In this document: positions 12,061 to 24,365 of the stretch, piece after piece
How the letters are laid out: each line of letters begins with the position of its first letter
Position numbering within the stretch: position 1 is the stretch's first letter
DNA from: Octopus bimaculoides
Taxonomy: Eukaryota
DNA length: 47,372 nucleotides
NCBI RefSeq assembly: GCF_001194135.2
Contig: NC_068984.1
Span: 76,889,006 to 76,936,377, forward strand
Reading direction: 5' to 3'
Program-made: the position numbers and the translations under genes
Notes under the pieces: generated by a model
Told to the model about the DNA's origin: nothing
The model's input: the letters and a program-made list of their open reading frames with translations, nothing else
Databases searched by the model: none

Positions 12061-12314
12061 AAAATATTTACTCTATCAGGTTTAGTCAGAAAACTAGACC
12101 TGATAGAGAAAAACTGAAGTTATTTTTTAATTTAGCAGTAAACATCACTTACGAATTCGTTGAAATATTCCAGGCACCAGACAAAAATTATTTTTTGTTG
12201 CCCAGTGTAAGAAATTTCAAATATTTGTTAAAGATATTAAATTCAATATCACTTTGTTGTTTGTTTTGTGTTGCATCCATGCGTGCGTGAGTTTTTCTTT
12301 CTCTTTTCCTTCAG

Positions 12315-12452
12315 GTACTAACGACTAATGCCGTAGGATCTGGTTCAGCTGGTTCACAGACTTTTCCTCTTTTGGAGATTTTCAGAATATTATTGACCTA
12401 CCTATATTATTCAACTAGTATTCGATCATATATAAAAAATGTTCGAGTTTGA
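12315..12452 (+). CDS. Candidate terminal coding exon, phase 0, 45 aa (VLTTNAVGSGSAGSQTFPLLEIFRILLTYLYYSTSIRSYIKNVRV*), product unknown
   Basis: Strong acceptor TTTTTCTTTCTCTTTTCCTTCAG; only one frame stays open; followed by ~900 bp of non-repetitive AT-rich sequence with AATAAA. No upstream exon identified. Confidence 0.3.
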   Translation, partial: VLTTNAVGSGSAGSQTFPLLEIFRILLTYLYYSTSIRSYIKNVRV

Positions 12453-13494
12453 GGTTGATCATTTAGAAATTATCAAGTGTTGTGTAAAGTGATGAGCCTA
12501 TGATAATGGCATCTGGCTGTTGGGATTTCCTACATTATATAGGAAAACTTCAGTATTTCAGCGTAGTAGTTACTCTTTCCCTTCACAATTTGGTTTGTAT
12601 ATTTTTAATAGCCGATACTTGTGCATTGCTAAAGGTATAGTTTCCTCGAAATATACTTTTTCAGATCAATAGTTGTCAGTGCTCTAGTTTATAGATATAC
12701 AAATATAACCAAAGTATTTACTGAATATGTTTGAAGTACTTACGGTTCATAATAATGTTTAGGTTTTTCGTTTATTATGTTTTGTATGTAATTCTTCAGA
12801 TATCGGTCTTGTGTGATTGATATTATATTGTAAATTTACTAATCCATATATTACTTTAGGTTTGTCTTCTTCAAACAATTTTAGTATTTGTTCTGTTTGA
12901 CTATTCTGTTTTCGGTGTTTATTTAGCCAAAGGAAAATTACTAAATAAAACATAATAGGCGACATTTTATCGAATATTTTTATCAAATTCGTTTTCAAAA
13001 ATATACCTGTACAAAATATTTTTTATACATATACAAGCGTGATTGTATGCATTTAATGATAATTTGAGACAACTCATATTTTCAGAAACTCGCAAAAAAG
13101 AAAAATATTATTCAAGCTTTAAAGACTAGTATTTTATTTATTTTACTATTATATGTTATTAAATCATCTTTCTAAAGTGTCATATTGAGTGAAATGGTTG
13201 CTTTTGTTGATATCTAAGATAATTTATAGTTAGTTGTAAGTGCTTTTGATGGAAGATCAGTGACTATTGAAAAATTGCTATCTTGACTGCTAATGTTTTT
13301 ATATTCATGACTTGTAAAAACACTACCAGATATATATTCAGTAGAATCAACGAGTGAACCTGTACGTGGTTGCTCGGCCTGCTTGAAGCAACAACAATTT
13401 CCCCCTCATATCACAATTTACAGTTTCAAAAAAACGGGAAGGAATAATCAGGAATGAACTATCCTTAAAATCAACAGAAACATTAACGTCACAA

Positions 13495-13810
13495 TAACGA
13501 CGACGACGGCGACCACCACCATCACTATCATCGCCACGAACAATAACAACACCATTGCCACGCTATCATCAGAATCGTTAAAGTAAAAAATATTAATACG
13601 GTCATGCCACTAACGATACCACTACACCAATGCCACAACCACCACCACCACCACCACCACCCCATCATCATCATTTCCACCACTATCACCACCGCCACCA
13701 CCACAATCACAATCACCATCACTACTAGAGCTAGCACCGTCACCACCGTCACCATTCCCACTGCCGCCATCGCCTCCACCAGCATCACGATCATCAATAT
13801 CATCGCTACC
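13495..13810. repeat. Degenerate trinucleotide low-complexity tract (CAC/CAT/GAC)
   Basis: Direct; source of the His/Thr/Ile-rich pseudo-ORFs. Confidence 0.9.
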
Positions 13811-14049
13811 CGCTCATCTATAAAAAAAAAACACTTATCTTTTCTGTTTGGCTGCCTGCTACTTTTAAATTTCTTCAGTTTTTGTTCCAACTGATATCAT
13901 ATTTGGTGTATTGGGGCACTTTTGTTAAGTAATCATGAATATGAAATTCACTTTCGCCATAAATCAATAAATAAAGAGTTAATACCTTTTAAAGTTTACA
14001 AATTTTGAGTAATTTTACCCAGTCGATAGCTACAGACATATACCTGCCT

Positions 14050-14063
14050 GTTTCCATAGTAAC
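14050..14063. promoter_or_regulatory. RFX X-box-like motif GTTTCCATAGTAAC
   Basis: Close match to the GTTNCCATRGNAAC consensus in a non-repetitive island; a TGTTTAC forkhead-like site lies ~250 bp downstream. Confidence 0.3.
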
Positions 14064-14689
14064 AAGCCAAGCTGTTACCAAGCTTTTTAACCACATGTTC
14101 TTTTTGTTGGCTATTGAATGCTTAAAACACGCGGTATGATGAGCTAAAAGTAGCGGTTAAGTTTGGGGTTTTTGCATGATCGTACGAATTCTTATATGTA
14201 AAATACAAATTCGCAAAAGATTTCTGAAAATTTCAAAGAAATTTAAATGTTATGGTAGGGGTCATGTGGCGTACGTAAAGGAGAATTCCATAAATATTCC
14301 ATTTGTTTACAGTTGACAACACGTCTTGTCCCGCACAAAATGACAGCTTCCAAGACTTATTTTCTGACTGAGTAAAAATTATCAAATTTTAAATCTCTGT
14401 AACATCTAAAAAAATTTTTTTCTGGAACAGTTTTTGAGGTTCAGTGAGGAAAATTACACCAATACAACAAATCTTAAAATTTGCACTAAACTTTAAAATT
14501 TCCATAGATGCAGCCAAATAGAAAAGATCCAAAACCATCACTACCACCATCAAATTAAGACTAAAATCCTCATCAATCACAGCCACTACCACCCCACCAC
14601 CACCACCAGTACCACTACCATGACCTTTAATATTATCATCCTACCACTACTGCCTCTACACATCCATTGGTACTATAACAAGCAGCGTG

Positions 14690-16828
14690 GGAGCCTCTAT
14701 GTGATGGCTTAACGTGTTTCTCCCAGTGATTTTTTTCGTTTTGTGCGATTTTGATTATTATCTTATAATAACTAGTTGTGTTAGTCAGGATCCTAAGAAG
14801 GTTAGTGTAGAGGACAGTGCTGAGAAGAAGGAAAAGCTGATTAAGATCAAAATAAAGAAGGAAAGCATTGATAAACATAAGAGAGGAGTGCGTGTATTGG
14901 ACAGAACACGTCAAAAAGAGTGAAGCACGTCCACGATCTGCATCACCCTGAAGAAAAAGGACGAGATCAAGACCGTAACAACAGCATAGGGTGTCTCCAG
15001 GCTCTCCAAGCAAAGCACATCTGTCCATGAAGAGATAGAATAATTACTTCTCCTGTGGATCAACGAGAAGCAAACCGCATGGGATACAATTACAGAACGG
15101 AGGCCACCATCTGCAGGAAAGCACGAGTATGGGGATCTCCTAAGGCAGAACCCTGGAACATCGACGCAGAATACATCAGCAGATGCATGTAAGGCCTGTC
15201 ACGGTTCGATAATTTCAAGAAGAGGACCGGTGATCATAGCATGATCAGGTATGGAGGAGCAGCGAGTTCTGACAGGAAGGCAGCTGAAGATTTCGTGCGT
15301 GATTTCCGTCAGCTCATAGCAGCCGAGCGATAGATCGCACAACAGGTATTCAACTGTGATGAAACTGGCCTTTTGTGTCCAGAAGAACCTACAGAAGAAC
15401 CTAACTGCAGAGGAAAAAAATGCCAAGCCATAAGTCTAGGAATGATAGCCTGACTCTAGCCATTTGTGTCAATGCGAGGTGGATACTTGAAGAACGAGCC
15501 ACTCCTTGTCTACTATTCCGAAAATCTCACAAAATACTGAAAAAGCCGCAGGTCATGTCCAAGGCAAACGTTAAAGCATGTGTTACCAGGCAATTCTTTA
15601 CTGAGATGGTCAACCTTGTCTTCAGAGCGGCAGTAAAAATGTACCTTCTGGAGAAAGATCTTCTTCTTAAGGCCCTCCTCATCCTCGACAATGCTGCTGC
15701 TCACCCTCCTAACCTCAAAGATATTATCCTGGATGAATTTAAATTAATAAAAGTTCTGTACTTTTCACGCAACACTACACCTATCTTGAAGCCCATAGAC
15801 CAGCAGGTTATTTCTAATTTCAAGAAATTGTACACCAAAGACCTGTTTTGTCGGTGCTTTAAAGTCACCGAAAATACAAATCTAACCCTTCATGGGTTTT
15901 GGAAGGAGCACAACAAAGTTAACTGCTTTAAAATCACTTATATGACCTGGCAGGGTGTAACGAGAAGAACGCTGAATTCTGATTGGAGGAAACTGTGGTT
16001 TGACTACGTATCTGAAAGAGGCTTCGACGGGTTTGAGTCTGAGACACCTGTAGTCGAGGAGATGGTGTCTGTTGGCAAATTCATGGGCCTCGAGGTTGAC
16101 GATGGGGGACATTAATGATCTCGTCGAGCAACACTCAGAGGATCTGACGACAGGAGCAGCAGCATTCGGATGCAGTGGAAGAGATTGGTTTCCCGGAGGA
16201 GGATAGTAGCGGTGAGGATAGTAGACGGCTACCTCTACGAGTGACATAAAGGCCATGTTGGCAAAATGGCGGTATGTTTCTGAATTTGTAGAAAAATATC
16301 ATCCTGAAATAGTATCTATAGGCCGTGCAGATGCTTTATTTAATGACACTGCTTTGGCGCATTTTGAACGGCAGAAAAAAGAAGACTTCTCTTGATATGT
16401 TTCTAATGAAACCACTTGCAAGTTTGAAACTTGAAGAAAATGTGTCCAAAAAGCCTAAATGAAGCGCAGTGAGAGAGAAAACCCCCAGAAATTGTTCTTT
16501 TTGAAGTCTTAATGGAAGGAGATTTCCTTCTAAACAATAATTCTCCTCGTCCCCGCTCCATCGTCTTCTTTGCGCACAAATCGTCCTATCTCTTAGGTAA
16601 TTAGATTAATAAAGCCAGTTTGAATGTTTCTTTTGCGTTCTCTTTTATCATGTTTTTCATTGTAACTGCACGTTTTCTGACTTAAAACCCATAAAAAATG
16701 ATTTTGGATGGTTTTGAGAGGCTGGTTAATATCAACGAGGAAAATTGATTTGTAAATTTGATTTCTAGTTAATTTCAACGGGGAAAATTGATTTGTAAAA
16801 CGAGTGAATGATAAAACGAGCACGGTCA
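14690..16828 (+). mobile_element. Tigger/pogo-family DNA transposon (CENP-B-like HTH + DDE_1), degenerate; right end interrupted
   Basis: DPKKVSV..KKEK.I.IKIKKE.IDKHKRGVRVLD; LLLWINEKQ; KALLILDNAAAHP; NTTPILKPIDQQVISNFKKLY; Tigger-like 3' region with GGGGAAAATTGATTTG. Confidence 0.85.
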
Positions 16829-16839
16829 TGCAATAATAA

Positions 16840-17108
16840 TTGTGGAATCTAAAAACAGGAGCAATTCCTATCATAGTAGGCGCCTTAGATATGATAAAAA
16901 AATATTCAGACAAATACATAACAAAAACACAAGGACTTACAAATATATATAACATACAAAAAAAATTGCATTACTGGGCACTGCAAAACACTTTCAATAC
17001 AGTAACCATAAGAGCATCACAGCAAACCACAGCACATACCCAAGGCACACAGATCTGCACTCGGTAGTGAAGTGAAAGCACATTATAAAAATAAAACTAC
17101 TGAATAAT
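16840..17108 (+). mobile_element. 5'-truncated R4/Dong-like LINE (last ~55 codons + 3' UTR), same subfamily as 44.3-46.9 kb
   Basis: WNLKTGAIPIIVGALDMIKK..NIYNIQK; near-identical to 46568-46850; flanked by AATAATAAT on the left and AATAATAA on the right. Confidence 0.9.
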
Positions 17109-17452
17109 AACAGTAGTTATGGGATGAGATACAGGAGATGTGACTATGTCTATCATAATGGTCATGATGATGATAATGATGGTGTTACTAATGAGGATGA
17201 CAGGGAGTAGGAGGGGGTTGATAAACAGGGAGGTCGTTGTTGAAGGAGACGCTGCAGACAACAATATAGAATAGCTGCACATAGCAATTCCACTTTGACC
17301 TAACTGACCAACATTCAGGCGCACGCACGCAACCACGCACTACCCCCCACTTCTCTCTCCCCCCACACACATACACAAGCTGAAACCCAGTCTAGAATAA
17401 ATTTTATCGTCTTATCTATGTATATTAAATATTAACACACGTGCACAAGTGT

Positions 17453-17488
<36 letters not shown>

Positions 17489-17507
17489 GTATTATATATA
17501 TGTTTAT

Positions 17508-17540
<33 letters not shown>

Positions 17541-17542
17541 CG

Positions 17543-17585
<43 letters not shown>

Positions 17586-17589
17586 AACA

Positions 17590-17800
17590 CAAATGAATGT
17601 CTACGCTCTCACACAAACATAAATGCATGAGTGTTTGTTTGTCAGTGTGTGTATGTGTGTGTGAGAGAGACAGAAAGACAGAGACAGACAGACAGACAGA
17701 CAGAGACAGAGAGACAGAGAGAAGGGGAGAAACAGAGAGAGAGAGAGAGAGAGACAGAGAGACAGAGAGTGGAAGTGAGACAGACAAATAGAGACAAAGA
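17590..17800. repeat. Compound microsatellite (TG)n/(GA)n/(GACA)n
   Basis: Direct. Confidence 0.9.
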
Positions 17801-18304
17801 CATTGGGAAACGGATATATTTTTAAACCTATCCATAGGCATTACAAACAGGGCTTCAGCAAATCGAAAAGAAAAATGAAAAAAGAAAAAGAGAAAACAAA
17901 GGTACTTGAAATGGTTGAAGCCAGGGTGAATTATACATTTCAAAAATTTTGCAATTGGTTTCATCCATATATAAAGTCTCTCTTCCCTCTCTTTCTCTCT
18001 CTCTCTCTCACACACGCACATTCTAATGTTGGAATACGATGTTTGTTGTCGTCATTTAACCCAACCCAGATCTGATCAATTCTTCTTTTCTTAAACAGTA
18101 GGATGTAATTTGAGGAGCACTTGGCTACTATTTCGAGAACCTGTAGTGATCACTTAGCCTATCTTTCACTTTCTCAGCTATCCCTTCTACCAGAATTGTT
18201 TGAATGGCTGTTTTCTTTAGCCACAAGTCAACTTCGATAGATTAGAGCTAGGACGAAAGATTTCTCATCTGTGACTATCCCATCTCTAATATTTATACAT
18301 CTTG

Positions 18305-18518
18305 AAAGCCGGTGAGCTGGCAGAATCGTTAGCATGCCGGGCGAAATGCTTAGCGGTATTTCGTCTGCTGGTACGTTCTGAGTTCAAATTCCGCCGAGGT
18401 CGACTTTGCTTTTCATCCTTTCGGGGTCGATAAATTAAGTACCAGTTAATCGACTTAATCCCTTTGTCTGTCTTTGTTTGTCCCCTCTATGTTTAGCTCC
18501 TTGTCGGCAATAAAGAAA
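18305..18518 (+). mobile_element. tRNA-derived SINE, family A
   Basis: GGTGAGCTGGCAGAATCGTTAGC (A-box region), GAGTTCAAATTCC (B-box), body GGTCGACTTTGC..TTCATCCTTTCGGGGTCGATAAA. Confidence 0.9.
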
Positions 18519-18524
18519 TAAAAA

Positions 18525-18710
18525 AACGTTAGCTCATCGATCAAAATGTTAAGCGATATTTCGTCCGCCTTCGCGTTCTGAGTTCAAATTCCATTGAGGT
18601 TGACTTTGCCTTTCATCCTCCCGTGGTCGATAAAATAATTACCAGTTGAGTACTGAGTGTCGATGTAATCCCCCGAAATTTCCGACCTTGTGCCAAAATC
18701 AGTGTTTATA
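18525..18710 (+). mobile_element. tRNA-derived SINE, family A (second tandem copy, 5' eroded)
   Basis: Same B-box and body as the preceding copy. Confidence 0.85.
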
Positions 18711-19224
18711 TATATATATTGAACCAGGTTATCTATTGTGCCCTTCCTTTGCTTGAAGGCACTAAATCTGCTCTGGGGGACATTTACTTGCTTTTTCTAG
18801 CACACTCCGCGGCCACATTATGAGACTCGTTCGTGTGTTATTGTGCCCTTCACCGGCATAAAAGAATCAAATATATCATGTAGAGGTTGTTTATAAAGAG
18901 AGTTTTCACCTGATACTTTCAATGGTGATTATCTCTCGAATAGACAGATACAGTTAGTTCGTAATATCATCTTCCATTTAGTTTTTTTTTGTATTCATTT
19001 GCATTTTTATATTTTTTACTAACCTTTTATTCGTAGACAGATCTCATTCTCTTTCTGTCTCTCAATGTATGTATAAATATATATGGATGTATATGAACAC
19101 ACACACAAATGTACGTATGTACGTATCCTCTTCCTGATATTTTATTTCAGTTTCGGCCTTTTCCTCCTCTTCAAATTACCACCATCATCATTATCATGTC
19201 TTTTCTATTTTCTCCTCTACTATT

Positions 19225-19299
<75 letters not shown>

Positions 19300-19300
19300 A
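19225..19300. repeat. (CTA)n microsatellite
   Basis: Direct. Confidence 0.97.
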
Positions 19301-19444
19301 TTTTTCGATGGCCTTGTTCCGTTTCTTTATCAAACTACTTCATCTTACACAGTATTTTGAATTCGTTAAGTAATTTTCCTTATGTTCAGAGTTATGCATT
19401 TATGTTTTTAGTTTTCGGTTGTTATTATTATCATTATTATCATG

Positions 19445-19710
19445 TTTTTCTCTCTATATCACAGGTTATGGTGGAGCTTCTGCAGTCTTGCATGCGTAGC
19501 GGGCTTACTACCTGCAGCCTACGGTACCATGCTATTCGTTCTTTTCAGCTATCTAATACTTTCCTGGTTATTTTGGCCGTGCCAAGAAGGCACACCTTTT
19601 GTAACAGTTTTACTGGGCACTCTATTTCCTTTATATTCCTCTTGATGCCTTGTGATACTGTTTCCTTCTTCATTTTCTATAGCCAAGCTATTCCGTACAT
19701 AAGAGGGTTG

Positions 19711-19793
<83 letters not shown>

Positions 19794-20990
19794 TTTTTCG
19801 CCTTCCTTCTTGACTATTCGTGCGTCAAAGGGGCATACAACATCAACTATATAGCATATGTGGTGCACCTTGTCCACCAACACTAGATCCAGTCTGTTAT
19901 GCTTTAGCACCTCATCTTTTTGGATTGGGAAATCCCAGAGGATTTTGGTAGCCTCCGACTCCTCTACTCTCTGCGGTTTGTTCTCATACCACGTCTTGCC
20001 TCTTTCTAGCCCCCACTTTTTGCACAGTTTCCAATGTAGCACTTTCACTACCTGGCTGTGTCGCCACAACTTGTAATGGTTTTGAGCAAGTCTAGAGCAT
20101 TCGTTCTTGATGTGGGCAATGGTTTCATCCACTCTATTTCAGATGCGGCACAGCGGAGACATTTCCTCATTCCTAAGGTTAATCCTCCAGTTAATGGTCA
20201 AAGGTTGGTCTTGCGCTGCCAGTATAGTGCTCCCGGTCTCTTTTAAGGGTTCCTTTTATCAGTCAATCCTACCTATTTTCTCCAGCAACTTTTGTTGTGG
20301 CTGCATGGAATTGACTGTGCAGTCCTTTCTAGGTAAATCTTCTTCATGTCCCTTTTGTACTTCTTCCAGTCCTTTTTGTACTTCTTCCTGTCCTTTTTGT
20401 ACTTCTTCCTGTCCTTTTTGTACCTCTCCCTGTCCTTTTTTTACTTCTTCCTTTGTTTTTCCTTTTTTCTCTACCTTCAATACTCCCTCGTTATCTAACT
20501 GTCACTAGCAAAGTTCCGTTACTTTAGGCTAAATATCTCATTAAGCTCTCGAGTTCGATACGCACGCTGTCTTCCACACTTACCAGTCTCCCTCCTCCAT
20601 TTGCTCTCTTCGTGTATAGGCGATCAGTGTCTGCAAGTGGATGATGGGCTCCGTGCATCGTTAGGAGCTTTCTTCGTTTCCTGTCCATCTCCTTTAGCTC
20701 CTCCTCTGTCCACTTCAGGATTCCAGTGCTATCTCTAACTACTGCGATCGCGCGCGAGTTTACGCCGAAATTATGTTTCTGGCATTCAGCTTTCAAGTCA
20801 ATATTTATCTCACTCGCCGCAGGTACTCTCATTTTGTCTTTTCCCTCATATCGTGGTGCTTAATTCCATCTTCCTCAAGTATTATCAGGTATTAATCATG
20901 CGGACTGAGGTTGAATTGCCTTCATCATTTCACCACATGGCAACCACATGCCTTCTGTCTTGGCAAACTTTCCTCGTCTCATCTCATCTT
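19445..20990 (-). mobile_element. 5'-truncated R4/Dong-like LINE (RT thumb, zinc-knuckle region, RLE, 3' UTR, TAA tail), degenerate
   Basis: HGAHHPLADTDRLYTKRANGGG; ETIAHIKNECSRLAQNHYKLWRH..LHWKLC..WYENKP..ILWDFPIQ..HNRLDLVLVDK..VDVVCPFD; LLQKVCLLGTAKITRKVL*; TAA-like tail at ~19420-19445. Confidence 0.9.
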
Positions 20991-21019
20991 ATGATTATTA
21001 TTATTATTATTATTATTAT

Positions 21020-21823
21020 TTTATGTTTGACTTTTGTTTTGCATTTGTACAAGTTGGATCCAAGTCTCACCCAGAGACCTCAAGAGACAACAAGTTAGAA
21101 GTTCATGTAGGTGTTATGCCTAGGGTACCATATATTTGGATTTGTACAGTTTTGTTCAAGTGAATGTTTAAGAAACCATAAGAAAATTATGTTTGCTTTA
21201 AAATTTGAGATCACATAGACAGTATTTTACGTAGGATATGGGCAGTTCCCATGAGCACTATCTTTTGGACTTCAGCCATTTTGGGGTTTCCTGGTATCTG
21301 AGCTAGGTAGTAATCAGCCCGTTTCGCTGTCANNNNNNNNNNNNNNNNNNNNNNNNNNNNNNNNNNNNNNNNNNNNNNNNNNNNNNNNNNNNNNNNNNNN
21401 NNNNNNNNNNNNNNNNNNNNNNNNNNNNNNNNNNNNNNNNNNNNNNNNNNNNNNNNNNNNNNNNNNNNNNNNNNNNNNNNNNNNNNNNNNNNNNNNNNNN
21501 NNNNNNNNNNNNNNNNNNNNNNNNNNNNNNNNNNNNNNNNNNNNNNNGAATGGTGAAGTTCCAGAGGAGTGCAATGTGATCATTTTCAAGTACTGGGGGT
21601 GGTTTGTGTTCCCACCAGTTTTTATCATGGGGCAAGTCCAGGTTTTTGCATATTACCCAGTGAATATATTGTGCAGCTCTATCATGCCTGTTGAGATACT
21701 CTGTAGGCGCAAGCAGACTGCACATGGAGACAACATGATCGATGGTCTCATTTTGTTGTTGGCATATACGACATAATGGGGAGCTGCCGTTCTTTAATAT
21801 GTTGGCCTGGTAGTTCTTTGTAG

Positions 21824-21830
<7 letters not shown>
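21020..21830 (-). mobile_element. 5'-truncated R4/Dong-like LINE (different subfamily) spanning an N gap
   Basis: CRICQQQNETIDHVVSMC..EYLNRHD..IHWVIC..WWEHKP..ALLWNFTI; VQKIVLMGTAHILRKILSM*; (TAA)n on both sides. Confidence 0.9.
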
Positions 21831-21861
<31 letters not shown>

Positions 21862-21866
<5 letters not shown>

Positions 21867-22025
21867 CATTATTATTGAGTGACACTGGGGTAAAGTATAC
21901 GAATTCCAATAAACCCATCGTGACTACCCGTCTGACACGGGTATACCAGGTACATGCATCACAACCATATGTACGGGCCATAGTGATGTTATATCAAGAT
22001 AAACAGCGCAAAACCTTGCAAAAAC
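21862..22025 (-). mobile_element. 3' fragment of the TAA-tailed ~720-bp repeat
   Basis: Reverse complement of ~600-766. Confidence 0.8.
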
Positions 22026-22089
22026 TTTCCCGATCCACAGCACGTCTGCACACGTACTCACACACACACATTACATATATTATACATAT

Positions 22090-22131
<42 letters not shown>

Positions 22132-22199
22132 ATATATATATATATATATATATATATAATGTTGCCACATAAAATCATTTTCTTTCAACATTTATGTTA

Positions 22200-22450
22200 A
22201 TCCTTATTTTTAATCAACAGTTTGAACAAATCAATCAACAATATATTCTTCTTTATCGTTCACGACTTCTTGCTGACTTTCCACTAGTTCGTCAATACCT
22301 TGACAATAGAAATCACTGGTTCTTAACTTGGAATATTCATCTAACCACATTTTCAGCATCGCGTCGTCGTTAAACGAAACGCGTCGCCGGCTGTTGGAGA
22401 TCGATTGACAAAAGCAATAACCCGAAGACAACATATCAGTGAAATACCCC
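22200..22450 (-). mobile_element. mariner transposase C-terminal fragment
   Basis: S(D)Y.F.QSISNSRR..SF......MWLDEY.....FYCQGIDELV...EVVNDKEEYIVD*. Confidence 0.75.
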
Positions 22451-22780
22451 TAAGCGTTTTACTCAGCTTGCAAACGATTTTGTCAGCTCGTCGCCTTCCG
22501 AATCCTAATAATATAATATCTAATATTTAGAATTGGTGGGATGATACACTTGCCTACTTCCTGATGATACAATCAACCAACTATTGTTATAAAGTTGATT
22601 ACATATGCCTTTACGACACGTTTCCGCTTATTAATAACTTTAAACACTTAAACACCATCCACTATCACACTGTGAGGGAACAAGAGCTCGTATGTAATCG
22701 CTCGACCTGTTAGTAATGTTGGCTAAATCATGATGGTAAAATTTGATAATGTAGTGTAAGATGTAAAAAAAGAGATGCTA

Positions 22781-23150
22781 GTGGAGGCGCAATGGCCCAG
22801 TGGTTAGGGCAGCGGACTCGCGGTCATAGGATCGCGGTTTCGATTCCCTGACCGGGCGTTGTGAGTGTTTATTGAGCGAAAACACCTAAAGCTCCACGAG
22901 GCTCCGGCAGGGAATGTGGCGAACTCTGCTGTACTCTCTCACCACAACTTTCTCTCACTCTTACTTCCTGTTTCTATTGTGCCTGCATTTCAAAGGTCAG
23001 CCATGTCACACTGTGTCACGCTGAATATCCCTGAGAACTACATTAAGAGTACACGTGTCCGTGGAGTTCTCAGCCACTTGCACGTTAATTTCATGAGCAG
23101 GCTGTTCCGTTGATCGGATCAACGGATCAACGGAGTGCCAACAACAACAA
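22781..23150 (+). mobile_element. tRNA-derived SINE, family C, (CAA)n tail
   Basis: A-box TGGCCCAGTGG, B-box GTTTCGATTCC; second full copy at 33857-34237. Confidence 0.9.
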
Positions 23151-24326
23151 TAACTGGAATGTCTTTGATCATTAGTTTGCACAACAGATTTAATTTGGTG
23201 TGAAACAGCAAGATACTATCTCTGTATTCTGATGTGTGTGCCAACATAAAAAATGAAACAAAATACTTTCTTAACATTCGCTATTGAGCGTCGTAAATCC
23301 AATGGTGAGACCATTGGCAAATAGAGAATGCAATGCGGTTTCAATTTTTGGAAAAATACTAATTCATTTACAGTTTACTCTGGAAAATGTATGAATGTTA
23401 TAGTTTCTCATTTCCTCAATTGTAACATCTTTATGCCTCGTGAAATAAGCATTTACTAGCATCTATCATAAATTATAAACTGTGTTCTCGTAAGCTTAAT
23501 CAGCGACCAAATCTCGATCCTACTAAAGACTATTTTATTACACATCTATTGAGACAACCAGGAGCTCAGACTCTCAATATCATAAGTCAAATTGACGGCC
23601 ATTCTTAGTGCATTGTACAATTATAAGTAATAAAGCTGAGAAAGAACTATTCCGTTCTTATATCGGCGCCAGAAGTTTATTAGGTTGAATGCGTAAATGG
23701 TAGCATCAACCACATAATAAATTGTACCCTCCTTTTTTTTGTTATTGATCTTTAAGATGAAATGAAAAGTTGACCTCATCAGGATTTGAACTCGGAGAAA
23801 AGTACGACAATCTTAAATTCTGTTATGCGTTTAATTCGACGCCATGCTATTTATTGCCTCTCCACCCACATAGTAAATGAAATAGATAATACAGAACTAG
23901 AGAAAGAAATAAAAGTCTTCAATCTTTTCGTATTGTTATACCAGCAGATTCCAAAGCAATTGTCTATTAATGTTTTTCCTCCACCCACGTTAATCCGAGT
24001 TTGGATTAAACATTCACTGCTGCCGAGCAACAAACTTTTACAGCATAGCAACATTTTCTATTTATCTATGTTCCAGAAAACAAAAGAAACCTATTGTATT
24101 TATATTAAATGAAATTCTAGTTGAAATAGTCCATTAATATTCCTGCGGCTGAAATCTGCACCTTAAGACGTGTGGTAAGATGTCAAGAAAGCTCTTCTGT
24201 AACGTGGTTTCAAACCTTGTGTGAAGCAGCTTCGACCACTTTTGGTAAAGTTATGAATAGAACATCACTCTATCTTTTCTGTCTCCACTAAATATTAAGG
24301 CATTTCTTTTTTTGTTCTAATGTAAA

Positions 24327-24365
<39 letters not shown>

